Shown in pieces: positions 37,290 through 49,384 of a DNA stretch of 64,000 bases. The stretch's first letter is position 1. Each line of letters opens with the position of its first letter. Source of the DNA: Mizuhopecten yessoensis (taxonomy: Eukaryota); NCBI RefSeq assembly GCF_002113885.1, contig NW_018407322.1, positions 3,976 through 67,975 of the forward strand, in the 5' to 3' direction. The notes under the pieces are model-generated. The model ran no database searches. It saw nothing but the letters and a program-made list of their open reading frames with translations, and was not told where the DNA came from. The translations under genes were made by a program, and so were the position numbers.

Positions 37290-38554
37290 GTCTCATATCC
37301 CAATAGTGTGCTGATTCTCAATATGTCTCCACTGCAAGTTTAAAACTGGGTCTGGACGGCTTTACTGGAAGTACTGGACAGACCACTGTATCTGCCTACC
37401 GGAAGTGCATGATATTGGTTTCCTCCATCTGTAGTGGCCGTATGACTTTCCTGTACAAGTATTGACGTTTGTTAATGATTTAATGATTCCAGTCATATAT
37501 CAGGTGTGATTAATTATATGTTGCCTTTTAATTTCACCTAACAATGAGTCGATGACAATCAAAGAAGGATCATATACTGTGTTGTTACTACAAGGAACAT
37601 GGGTGTTGTTAGAGGAATGGATTAGTAAAACCGCTCTGAGACAATTAAGAAATATTGCTCGGTATTGCCTATAAAAACAATTAGAAACATATCAAAATGT
37701 ATAACGCTACATTTCACAACCTAACAGCAATTATTTGTATGCTGCTTTATAGAAACTGAATCATTGTTATGGCCATTTAGGAACATTAAGATATCTTAAC
37801 AACCAGTTATATATATGTAGATAGTTTATGACTAATACTTGTACAGACAGCTTCACATTTCAGACCGACCGACCTAAAAACAGGACGTATTATACATGAT
37901 AACTTCAGCAAGGGCAAAACACATCGTAAGACAACTACACGAGGACATTTATAAAGCTATTACAATCATTGCCATCAGCTTCAATGTCTCGTTCATTTGT
38001 CGCCTGTCCATTTATTATTTAAATATTATATTTTTATAATGGATGTAAATACACACATGTGATGCAAATGATTACATTTTATGAAAGTGTTTATTTTTCA
38101 TTTTCGTCTTAGTAATCGCTAAAGAAATATTCTACAATATCAATTAACAACACTGTTACAGCTGGGACAGCTGGCATTTACATTATAACTGATGTCGGGT
38201 GAAATGATACCATTTATATATCGCCTTTGACGTAAAGGATACTTAAACCCGAGAGTATACAACCTGTCGCTAACAGCCTGATTGACACCGTGGCTTCGTA
38301 GATACAGGGCTTTGCTGCAAGTAAGTCTGAGACATAATTACTAGGCGTTCATGCTTTATTTTACCCATACCCACCAATGGGGAGAAATATGAGATGTACC
38401 GAAAGTCAGTCCGTCAAGTGATTAATCTATCTATTACTTCGTGATAAAGTTGTCTTAGGGAAGACAATAGGATTATAGACGGAACAGTATAATAGAAATT
38501 ATCCAAAAAAAGCATTTTCCTTGAGGTCCAAGGACCATAGCTTGCATTGACATA

Positions 38555-38715
38555 AGGAGTGGGCGGCCTTTCTTCAATGTTCGTGCCGGCATAAACGCAA
38601 ATCGGTTACATGCATACTCCACGACGCCCGCTAGGGCTTCTTGGTAAATTTGGTTGGAACCGATTTGCGTTCACATCGGCCTGACCACTGACAGATACTG
38701 TTCAATCCTTATAAT
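38555..38715. mobile_element. palindromic MITE-like element (same family as 9070-9185)
   Basis: Arms AACGCAAATCGGTT / AACCGATTTGCGTT; ends in GTTCAATCCTTA. Confidence 0.5.
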
Positions 38716-39924
38716 TACATTTTAAATTGTATGGTTATTATTGATCTTAATTAAGATATTCCTTTATATTTTCGATATTAAAGTGTCTGCATCGTCAGTG
38801 CATACAAGACTCCTAGACGATTTTCTCTGATTGAGGTCGGAGGTCAATATGTAGATTGCAGTGGCCTATATTTGAGTCATGTCACATCACCCTCATAGAT
38901 TGCCCATATATCGGTCTGATCAATGTTTATGCCGAAGAACGTAAATCGATGTATCCGTAGATTTTCTATACATTCAAAACCCGAAAAGAAGAAAATATAT
39001 AATTGATAATAGATTGATTATAAAATTTACCTAAGTAATTTAATGCAATGTTCGTCGCCCTTTAATAAATAACCCCTTAGGTATAGTGAAGTAATGTGCA
39101 CTCTGATTTACTATATATGTTCAGTGTAGATATGACCATCCACATACATGTATCTAACACGATTTTCTACGTTTTTGTGACCCATTTGTGCGAAAGCCTC
39201 GCTGACGATGAACTCTCGAGACAAGTCAACTTGACAAGAGAAGACTGACAGACCTTTCGTATGACCCCGCATCTCTTTGCAATTGGACATTTGTTTGTAT
39301 ACTGTGAGTGTTCATACACGGCGTCGTTGACTATAGTACAGTAGTAGTGTGTACACATAGTACATTGATGTACTTGTTTGTATGTGTTGATATGAGGCAT
39401 TGGTTTCTATGCATTACTCGTACTTGCTTTAACATAACTACATACCTTTTGTCACCGTAGTTCCGCTGTCATCAGTATCATACCGTTAGCTGTTGTCCAC
39501 ACGGCTGACATGGCCTAGGTTAACATGGAACATAAACGAGGTCAAGCTTGTGTTTACTTAGCCGGGTATGATAGGTTAGCTCACTTCTTACCAAGGCCAG
39601 TAGGTAATCGCCTTCACTAGTATGGATACGACTGTACGTAGAGTCTTTGTTCAGTGATTGCTATATTTAGATTACCATTGGTTGGGTTGACTCGCTGTTA
39701 TGGTGTACTTTGTGTAACTTCTGGTTATGATTCCCATAACGTATTACGGACTTACACTCCGTAGTATTGTTAGATGTAGTTGTGGTAAATTCCAGTAAAG
39801 GGGTGTGTGGATCCCAGTGCTTGCAATCGGGTAGACTAGCCCTAGTTCGATATGTTATGCTTGCGTTCAAGTTGTACTATAGTCGTACACAATTTAAGTG
39901 GTGTCCGTGTGTTATGCAGACGTT

Positions 39925-40330
39925 AAATTGGTGTTATACATGCGTTATATTGGTGTTATATTGTTGTTATACAGGCGTTATATTGGTGTTATACATGCGT
40001 TATATTGGTGTTATACATGCGTTATATTGGTGTTATATTGGTGTTATATTGGTGTTATACAGTCTGCTCATTGGTGTTATATTGTTGTTATACAGGCGTT
40101 ATATTGGTGTTATACATGCGTTATATTGGTGTTATATTGGTGTTATATTGGTGTTATACAGGCGTTATATTGGTTTTATACATGCGTGATATTGGTGTTA
40201 TATTGGTGTTATACAGGCGTTATATTGGTGTTATACAACCGTTATATTGATGTTATACAGGCGTTATATTCGTGTTATACATGCGTTATATTGGTGTTAT
40301 ACATGGCGTTATAGAAGTGTTATTACGGTG
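39925..40330. repeat. 11-bp compound micro/minisatellite (GTTATATTGGT / GTTATACAGGC)
   Basis: Direct periodicity. It explains the VILVLY pseudo-ORFs. Confidence 0.93.
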
Positions 40331-40849
40331 TGATAGCGATAATGATGCACTGTGGTGTTATTGATTATAACGGCGTTAGAAAGGTTTTATATAAATGATA
40401 TATCACCGTTATAGTGACATTAGATTGGTGTTAACTGATGTCATACATTGTGTTAAAGTGCACTTAAAGTGGAGATCACTGCGCATATTTTGGTTGCATA
40501 AGAGACAAGGATTGGTTTGCGATAGCACGGACTGCGTGTCGTTTTTACTAAAGACGATGAAAGCTTATCCGAGTATTGCAGATGCAAATGTATCTGTGTT
40601 AGTTACATTTAGATAAACCCATGCACCATTTTTCAGTAATTCGTATCCTACAAACATACGCTTGTAATAATCCAGTGTGATATATCGGATTTTATCATTG
40701 GTATTACCTCTTTGACCCACATATATATCTTCATAGTTTGCTATCAATTGGCTTATACTGTCGGCAAGCACACTCTCCTCAGTTCTAAAGACTGTTAAGC
40801 TACAAGTTGTTGGAAGACACAAGTGCAGTTAACAGATTGGCATCATGTC

Positions 40850-41110
40850 TAGTTTGTTCATTTAGAAGACAGTGAAAGAAACAAAAAGGTCTTTGATTTC
40901 AATGACACCAAATTTTTACATAGTCTTTGGTCACTTGGAATTATCTCAAATTTGCGTTCACATAATCGAAATTTAAATTTTGTGTACAAATGCTTTACAT
41001 TACCAATGGCAATATTTAGATATTTTTGGTACATACTCTGTCTTAAGTTCTTTGGACAAAAACAGTTTGTTACTGAAGAACCTTTTTTCATATTTCTGTG
41101 TAATGTTCTG
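40850..41110 (-). mobile_element. degenerate non-LTR retrotransposon 3' fragment
   Basis: KYLN...LYTKFKFRLCERKFEIIPSDQRLCK resembles the recalled LTKFRLSxHxLEIExGR...R.C segment at LINE ORF2 ends. Confidence 0.4.
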
Positions 41111-41128
41111 CTTTAATTGAACACTAAG

Positions 41129-41682
41129 TTGTCAGAGTCATGTATAATGGTTTGGAGGTTATTATCACACATCATATGTCGCTGTACCATTGTAAAACTT
41201 GTCAGAGTCGTGTATAATGGTTTGGAGGTTATTCTCACACATCACATGTCGCTGTACCATTGTAAAACTTGTCCGAGTCGTGTATAATGGTTTGGAGGTT
41301 ATTCTCACACATCACATGTCGCTGTACCATTGTAAAACTTGTCCGAGTCGTGTATAATGGTTTGGAGGTTATTCTCACACATCACATGTCGCTGTACCAT
41401 TGTAAAACTTGTCCGAGTCGTGTATAATGGTTTGGAGGTTATTCTCACACATCACATGTCGCTGTACCATTGTAAAACTTGTCAGAGTCGTGTATAATGG
41501 TTTGGAGGTTATTCTCACACATCACATGTCGCTGTACCATTGTAAAACTTGTCAGAGTCGTGTATAATGGTTTGGAGGTTATTCTCACACATCACATGTC
41601 GCTGTACCATTGTAAAACTTGTCAGAGTCGTGTATAATGGTTTGGAGGTTATTCTCACACATCACATGTCGCTGTACCATTG
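41129..41682. repeat. 70-bp tandem repeat, 8 near-identical copies
   Basis: Unit TTGTCAGAGTCGTGTATAATGGTTTGGAGGTTATTCTCACACATCACATGTCGCTGTACCATTGTAAAAC. Confidence 0.97.
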
Positions 41683-42480
41683 TCCTAGCCACTATAACGC
41701 AGGGAATGGACACCACGAGCAGGACAATGGGTGAACGGATGACGCAGTGTAGAACGCCGAGTACTCGTGAAAGATATCTAGAAGTACGGTATTCCCGATG
41801 AGACGAGACATAAAGGTATACATCTAAAGTCGTCAAGCACGTTCGGGTTAGCTTTTGGCATTTACGCTGTAAGGTATTCATGCCGTCAATAAATCTTCTG
41901 CGTCAAAATCAGTCGCAGACGCTCTACAGTTGATTTGGTCGTCTGCTCTACAGTTGATTTAGTCGTCTGCTCTACAGTTGATTTGGTCGTCTGCTCTACA
42001 GGTGATTTGGTCGTATGCTCTACAGTTGATTTGGTCGTCTGTTCTACAGTTGATTTGGTCGTCTGCTCTACAGTTGATTTAGTCGTCTGCTCTACAGTTG
42101 ATTTGGTCGTCTGCTCTACAGTTAATTTGGTCGTCTGCTCTACAGTTTATTTGGTCGTCTGCTCTACAATTGATTTGGTCGTCTGCGTGCCCCACCTCGA
42201 TGATTTTCAATTTCTCGCTTTGAAGTGTGTTTAGTGAAAATCAATGTAATAAAGGTAAGTTGGATGAAACAACCGTGCTCAAATTGATCAGGAAGCTCTA
42301 TTTCTAGAGTAACATAGTTCGTCAAGGTGAAGGCACATAACAGCTATGTTCGCAATAATGTTTGGAAAATATCTCCCCACAATGCTACGTACAACGGCTT
42401 GTTCAGACAATGAAAAATGTTTGCCGATGTCTTGGAGCCGAAAGGAAGTTTTCTGTAGTAAAACTAACTTTCACCATCTA
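41620..42480 (-). mobile_element. decayed DIRS/Ngaro-type retroelement RT-RNase H fragment
   Basis: Minus strand, across frameshifts: YYRKLPFGSKTSANIFHCL, QAVVRSIVGRYFPNIIA, RRFIDGMNTLQRKCQKL, HVMCENNLQTII. These resemble recalled Ngaro motifs LPFG..SP.IFHRL.QAV, FLRR.ID.MNTL and V.CDN...V.II. Confidence 0.5.
41920..42186. repeat. 24-bp tandem repeat (GCTCTACAGTTGATTTGGTCGTCT), ~11 copies
   Basis: Direct periodicity; VVCSTVDL pseudo-ORF. Confidence 0.95.
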
Positions 42481-44380
42481 CAAAGTTCCCTATAAAATAT
42501 GTAACCATCTTGCTATGTAGACTAATTGCTTCACGATACGTGGTCTTCCAATTTATTGTATAACCATCGTACTTAACGGAACAGGAGTGCCAACCGAGGT
42601 GAACCTTCACTTAATCTTTGGGATGGAAATTATCTGGCAAACCCACTTGTGTACTAAAGACATGAATGACTCCTTTCCAACCACAGTGTCATATTTTTAA
42701 TACAACAACAAGTGAAGTTATATATGACGGTATTGTCATCTCAATATAATTCCTGTTATTAATTTCCTTCCGAGTTTGTCAGTGTATTTGTCATAAATAT
42801 CCCTTTTGCGATTAGCCGATTGGAACTCTTATTGGCGATGAGTTAATCTAAGATAATGCCTTTGTCTTGTTCTACGCCAACGCTTTCTGCCGATATCCAT
42901 TGCCGATCCGTCCTGGGATGTATTTCTCATTTAAACATTGATTTAAGACTTTACCTCTTTTGTGGACGTTATGCTATTTTATTTATGTGTTTCTAATTAT
43001 TGAAAACAAGATCTCAAGAGAAAGAAACATTCTGTAGTATTCACCGCATCCGCCTGGTTACTCCATCTTCATTTGACGCTCGATTTGATAGCGAGGTAGT
43101 GTCCTCATCGTTTGTATTAACTCTTTCCATTGTTTAGTAGACTAGGGAAGTTCCTATTGACAGATTTTAGTAGATACGTCACCCGTATGTCGTCGATATC
43201 CGTTGCAGTGAAATGTTGAACACCTGATACCAGGTGAAACACCTCGAGCCTGCACCTATCTGTTCATCTATGATTATATCTGTGATATCATTTATATGGG
43301 TTAAGTATACATGTCGGTCACTTAAATTGTGTTCAGGACTGTTACATAATCAAGTGTCCTCTTATAGTTACTGGTCCTGCTGGTATAACAAACGTTCTTC
43401 ATCATGAGAATGGGTAAAAGGCCAGATACAAATGAAATGTATATATACAGTATATTTGTTTGAATTAACCTCTTGACTTGAAGAAGCATTTGCATGCAAA
43501 AAACACACATGAAATATTTTAGAAGAATGCTACATTTTAAATATGTTAAGAATGTTATCAAAGCGAGAAGTCTGATGAGCAGTTGGATTCCATTGTGTGT
43601 ATTTATCAATTATTGACATGTATTGGGCTGAGTATGTGATTACATAGTCCTGATAGAGATATTGACCGAGAAGTGGAGCGTGTGAAAATTGTCAGGAGAA
43701 TAGGTATTACATTTGTCAGATCACTGTCGCATTACAACTAATGTGACGTCATACGATACCATTATATCTGTTGTTTCTAAAAATAGTAATTTTAAGTTAA
43801 TATCTGACTTTTCTAAACTATGGAGTTATGTTTGCGGGGTGTCAAATGTCACGTTTACCTGGACCGATATTAAAAATTCGAGTTCTTTTCCGGCCACATT
43901 TTACTGTAAAAATGATGTTTTTTCTTTTGCTAGAGTAAAATACAGATTAGCTATCCACGATATCGATAATACCTATTAGATTTTGTAGGTCACGCTATTA
44001 TATGCAACTGTCCATATCTATACAGTGACAACGTAATATTGCAAATCGTTCCTTTATCATGAATGTGAAACCACCAACCCGTATCGACATATAGTGTGAT
44101 GTGCTGATACAGCTAAGACACTGATCACCTAATCAGATATCCGCGGCTTGCATTATTAACCTCAAAGAAACAAAATATCTGTACATACCTGTATCTTTTC
44201 GTGGTGTAGGATTGTTTGGTCTTGGAAAGTGGACATTAATGAGGATAACGAGATAAGAAAGGGACCTGTGAGCCATCTGTGTAAAGAAGAAGCGGAATAT
44301 TGTATAGATCTTCACACCTTGGTGACGTGAAGAGTTTGAAGGAGACCGGAAGGGCTAAGAATGCGACAGGGAGACGGGTG

Positions 44381-47300
44381 ATGTCCAAGAGATCCGTGGA
44401 CCACTATGTGGCGGGGGCCATGGGAGGTAGGTGGGACCGGACCACTATGTGACGGGGGCAATGGGAGGTAGGTGGGACCGGATCACTATGTGGCGGGGGC
44501 AATGGGAGGTAGGTGGGACCGGACAACTATGTGGCGGGGGCAATGGGAGGTAGGTTGGACCGGACCACAATGTGGCGGGGGCAATGGGAGGTAGGTGGGA
44601 CCGGACCTTGTGTAGGGTATCAGTTTGCGAGTTTGTACCATAAGTCGGTTACTTTTGTAAGTAGATGTGAACAAGTGTGTCAGGGTTTTGCCAGATGCTA
44701 ACTAATTTTAATGTTAATGCTACTGTACTTGACACTCAAGATGCACCAATTGATCAATTTGATAAGAAAATACTGAAATATGACTAATATGGATAAAATT
44801 GCATCGGGGATATAATCACTCACAGACGGGGCGTACGCCTCTCCACAGCTATTAAACGTGAAATTAGGCTACGCAAGATATTGGTGCATAAATGAACTTT
44901 AGATAACATGTCATTTCGTAGCCATCATTTGTGCCGCAAAAGAGATTGATATGTTGTAAGTCAGGTGATCTATTTTTATGAAGGTATCGGCATAATTGAC
45001 TTATCATTGACTATGTTAACCTAGCTATGTGTCATTTTAATAACTAATGAACAAGTTCATTATATTCAAATTACTTATAAAATGAACGAGTTTCGATTTT
45101 GTTAACGAAGTCGGTGATGTTTCTTCGGGTACTCCGGGTTTCCCCCACTACCAAAACATTGCACATTAAAACATTTAAACATTAAATGATCATTGGTGTT
45201 TATAAGGCGTAAAACTAAACTAAACCAAAATAATCTCGTACATCGCTTTTGACCTATATAAGTTATTTTTCCAAAGAAGAAATATTATGGCAGATGTCAC
45301 AAATGTTTCAGGATACCTTTCTGGAGATTCGGGTTTTTCGCCTCCATCTTACTGTTAGGATGTCTTTATTTTGTTATGATGTATCGTAATATATAAAAGT
45401 AGTACTTTTGTATTGACTTCGATGTCGGATTACGGCCTTATGAAGTGACAAGGTGGTGATATTTGCTTCACTTTTACTGATCCTCCAGAATATAAAATCA
45501 CAGACCCTGCTGATCCCCTTATGTTCCATATGTCGATATATATGCGCTTGGTGACGACTTCAATTATACAAGCGTTAATTACCTTTCTTAGTAACATCCC
45601 GTCCTCCCCTGTAAGTACGTCACTGTTGATACATCACACCGAGATCATAGTATAGCTATCTAGAATTTCTAATCAGATATTGTTAACAAATAAATTGAAC
45701 CAACAAGCTATATTAAAGAAATTCTAAACTGGCAAAATCGACCTAATTTCTAGTTATAAAATGAATGCGGCACTTTTTAGACTCCTCAGTTTCTGCTGTC
45801 TTTCCTGATCGATTGTTACATTTTCCCTATTGAATCACACAGATGCCGCTATTAAGCTTTAATTATATCTTAATCTTATCTTTGTCGTATTAAGACTAGG
45901 ACCTCAGAAGAAGAAAAAACGCCGGTTGCGCTTTATCATACATTCATGCCGTCATCGTTGTTTTTCTTTTAGATGGGTGAGAGTATATATGTTATATACA
46001 TAAAATTGTGCGGTGATATTGTTACAATAGACAGAAGTCTGAAAGGTCCTACTGTTTTGTAGTGCTTTATGAAATGTACATGTACCACCGTGTTGCTTTC
46101 ATTGGCAGGAACCGCCGGTTACTTTGTGGGATACCCCCTGGACACCATAAAGGTTTGGTATAAATGTTTATGATCTTTCCTAGTTAAAGGTCGAAATCAT
46201 ATCTGTGATAATGATCGAGAACAATTGAAACATTGTTTTTGTATCAGTCATGTAGATGTTGGATAGATTTTTGTTTTTGTTTGTGATATATTTAACTATT
46301 GATATCATAATAAGTGGTCATTTTGCGACATCATTCACCTTTATTCCTTTATCTGACTATTTCATTGAACTTTCTCTTGACATAGGTTACTAATGATTAA
46401 GACGGTCAGCAAACTTTTATATTTAAAAGTATGTTTAACCTCAAATAACAAAACAAATAAAAACCAATGATCTTTCAAGGCATGTGTATCGACAAAAAAA
46501 TCATGAGCTATCTGATTTGCAAGGAGTGATGATCGCGAATGACCTCGCGACTATTTATCGAGACAATCGTAATAAACGATCACATATCAGTCGTTGTTTC
46601 CTTCCAGTTTCACCAAATTGAATCCTTCCAAATATGCTACTAAAAGAAAAATCGCAAAAATGAAGTGTTTAAAATAACATCTTAGAAAAGAAAACTAGCA
46701 TTGCTACTTTGTATATCGCCCGCATAAAAACGTGAAATTATATATATTGTAATCAAGTTTGATTACTGTCGATATAGGTACAGCTACAAACACAGGGCGT
46801 GGGAAAGCGTGGGTTGTTGGCGGCCCTCTCTAATACTTGGAGCCAAGGGGTGGTAAGTAGGAAGGTTTTATTTCAATTACATAAAGACAGGGTTGAAATG
46901 TCGTGTTTTAGCGACTGATAATGGGTTCATCTACAAAACACAATATTTGCCATAAAAATATGTTGCATGTATATGCATCTACATTTTCGTTTATATAAGT
47001 TTTTTGTTTGTTTTTCCAACAAAATCATCTTCACATGAAGGTTATGGTAATAATGTTTTAACTTAGTTTATTCTGAAGGCAGGTATCTGCCTTTGTGTTT
47101 AGATCATAGTCCACATTTGTTAATCATTATATACATAACAGTATCTTTGATTTGACGTCACTCCAATGTTGCGGTGAATCTCATTTCATCACTTCCCCAA
47201 AGCTTATCAATGCGGATTTCAAAAGGTTGTTAGATTTGGTGCTTGAATCACGTTCTCAGGTAGGGAATTCCAGTTGCTAACAATTCGTTGAGTAAATGAG

Positions 47301-49384
47301 TATTTCCTCACTTCACGTCTACTCCTTGATTTACATAGGCTCGGTGAATGTCCTCGAGTCCTTTTTAGCTTGTTTTATTGACAAACGTCCATGTGATGCT
47401 GTTGTATCATAGCGAACCCTCAAGATCTTGATCACCTCTATCATGTCTCCCTTATCACATCTGTGGACCAATTATGTAAGATGACACAATACTTCCTCGT
47501 AAGAAACATCCTCCATTCTTGGCAGTAATTTAGTAGCTCTCCGTTGGACACTTTTTAGGAGGTCAATATCCCGTTGTTTGTATGGTTTCCATACACACAC
47601 TCCATACTCTCGATGGGATCGAACTAAAGCTTGATACAGTAGGCAGAATGATGTATTATCCAAGTTTGTATATGTTCTTCTGACAGCTCAAAGTATTCGG
47701 TTTGCTTTGTTTACGGCGGCTTGTTTTTGTTTTTGATTCTAAAACTTAATCTATTTTCGACAATTATCCCAAGGTCTTTCCTCTTCTATCGTTTTTCCTC
47801 ATTTAGTGTTACTGTTGGTCGCAGACCATCAATATCTTTGGATAACTGCAGATTATATTCGCTTTGCTTCGCAGAAAGAAATCGTGTTCACGTAAGGAGG
47901 AATTTGTTGTCCTGTGTAGATTAGCTGCACCTTTTTGCTCTTTGTTGCTAGTCTGAAGGACATTTCTGTTCTGTGTTGCAAGGCTGATATTGTTGTTCTG
48001 CTTTGCCAGATTGGAGGATTTTACCGGGGACTGTCATGGCCACTCTTATCCACTGGTTTTACCACGTCAGTATTTTATGGTGTTTATGGCAATACGCTGA
48101 CATTTCTGGAACCGGACAAGGCAAAACAGAAGTCAGCTCATGGAAAAATAGTTCTAGCCGGAAGTGTGGCCGGGACGGTCCAGGCACTTCCGGTCATTCC
48201 AATTGATTATATTAAAGTGGTTCTACAGGCACAAATTCCCACGCTTGGAGACAAGTCTACAGCTAAGATCAAAGGTAAGTATCGGCTGAGAAATGCCATC
48301 TGAAATACAAAAGACAACATCCGATTGCAATCGAGAGAAACACACACATACACTTGCCTGGGTATATGAAATCAAAAGAAGGAGAATGCTTAGAGGCAAT
48401 TCTGTAACAAAAGTCAAAACAGGTTTTTATATCATTATAGATAAATGTATGATTGAGGTTAAAGTTAGATATTACATTGTGTATTAGAGATATTTCTGTA
48501 ACTACTGTCAAATGTAAGACATATATTTGAGATAGATCTGTTACAAGAGTTAAAGGTAGAACATCAATCAGAGAAAATTATGTAACTAAAATCACATAGT
48601 TCCGTAACGAATGTCAAAGGTAGGACATATATAAATAAAATCTATTTAACTAAGGTCAAGGCGATATCGCCTACATTAGCACACTGTTGTTACCTATACA
48701 GACGCTCTTTTGATTAATGGAGATTGACTTAATTGATAGCCCATTAGTCAAAGAGGGGTGACTTTATTATGTTTTGGTACGTGATAATTTGCGTGATAGT
48801 ACGTTGATATTCATGAAAATACTTGATAATTGGTCAATAATTTGATGTTCTAACGGTCATTATCAATGACATAAAATGAAGACAAGTTTCCAGGCGTCCT
48901 TTCTGATACAGGTGCGAGTACAGCCGACATCCTCTACTTCCGTGGCCCAACAGACTGCGCACGCACCATTTTAAGGACCAAGGGAATAACAGGACTGTTT
49001 AAAGGAACCACAGCAACGCTCCCTAGAGAAGTTATTTTCTTTGGGTTTTACGGCTTAATATATGAATGCCTCAGTGACTTCATCAAACAGAAGAAATTTA
49101 CAGATTCACGTGGATTTTTTGCGGATTTTATCGGTGGTGGATTTGCCGGAAGTATATCTTGGATTTTTGTGATACCGTTTGACGTCATAAAAAGTCGTTA
49201 CCAGGCTGACTTTCAGGGCAGGTACAAGAGTCCCGTTGACTGTGCTATACAAAGCTACCGAACAGAAGGTTTAGGCGTCTTCTATAGAGGTTGTATTGTC
49301 ACGTGCGTACGAGCATTTCCGGTATGCGCAGTTTCCTTTATGGTGTACGCCCAGGTGACTCAGTGGCTGAGAAGCATCGAATGA
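44381..49384 (+). CDS. mitochondrial carrier SLC25A45/A48-like paralogue C, 300 aa
   Basis: Exons 44381-44426 (MSKRSVDHYVAGAMG), 46109-46152 (GTAGYFVGYPLDTIK), 46778-46852, 48010-48274, 48912-49384. GT-AG, phases 1,0,0,1, 903 nt open. Motifs PLDTIK, PIDYIK, PFDVIKSRYQ. Confidence 0.9.
44398..44607 (+). repeat. 41-bp G-rich repeat, 5 copies, made of the end of carrier C exon 1 plus its donor
   Basis: Unit GGACCACTATGTGGCGGGGGCMATGGGAG|GTAGGTGGGACC. Copy 1 is the real coding exon end. Confidence 0.95.
45105..45230 (+). mobile_element. V-domain SINE 3' fragment
   Basis: TTTCTTCGGGTACTCCGGGTTTCCCCCAC (V-like domain), then an AAGGCGTAAAACTAAACTAAAC tail. Confidence 0.5.
45478..45730 (+). mobile_element. 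Penelope-like element RT C-terminal relic
   Basis: DPPEYKITD, DDFNYTSVNY, FLSNIPSSP and LLTNKLNQQ resemble recalled YPPELEIKDT...KRDDFNF.IVNFPFLSSNIPSSP...LLT.KLL.QGY. Confidence 0.55.
47150..47790 (-). mobile_element. CR1-type LINE 3' fragment, antisense in carrier C intron 3
   Basis: KANRIL...LLYQALVRSHREYGVCVWKPY...VQRRATKLLP, GDMIEVIKIL, TRGH, RKYSFTQRIVSNWNSLPENVI. Confidence 0.8.
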
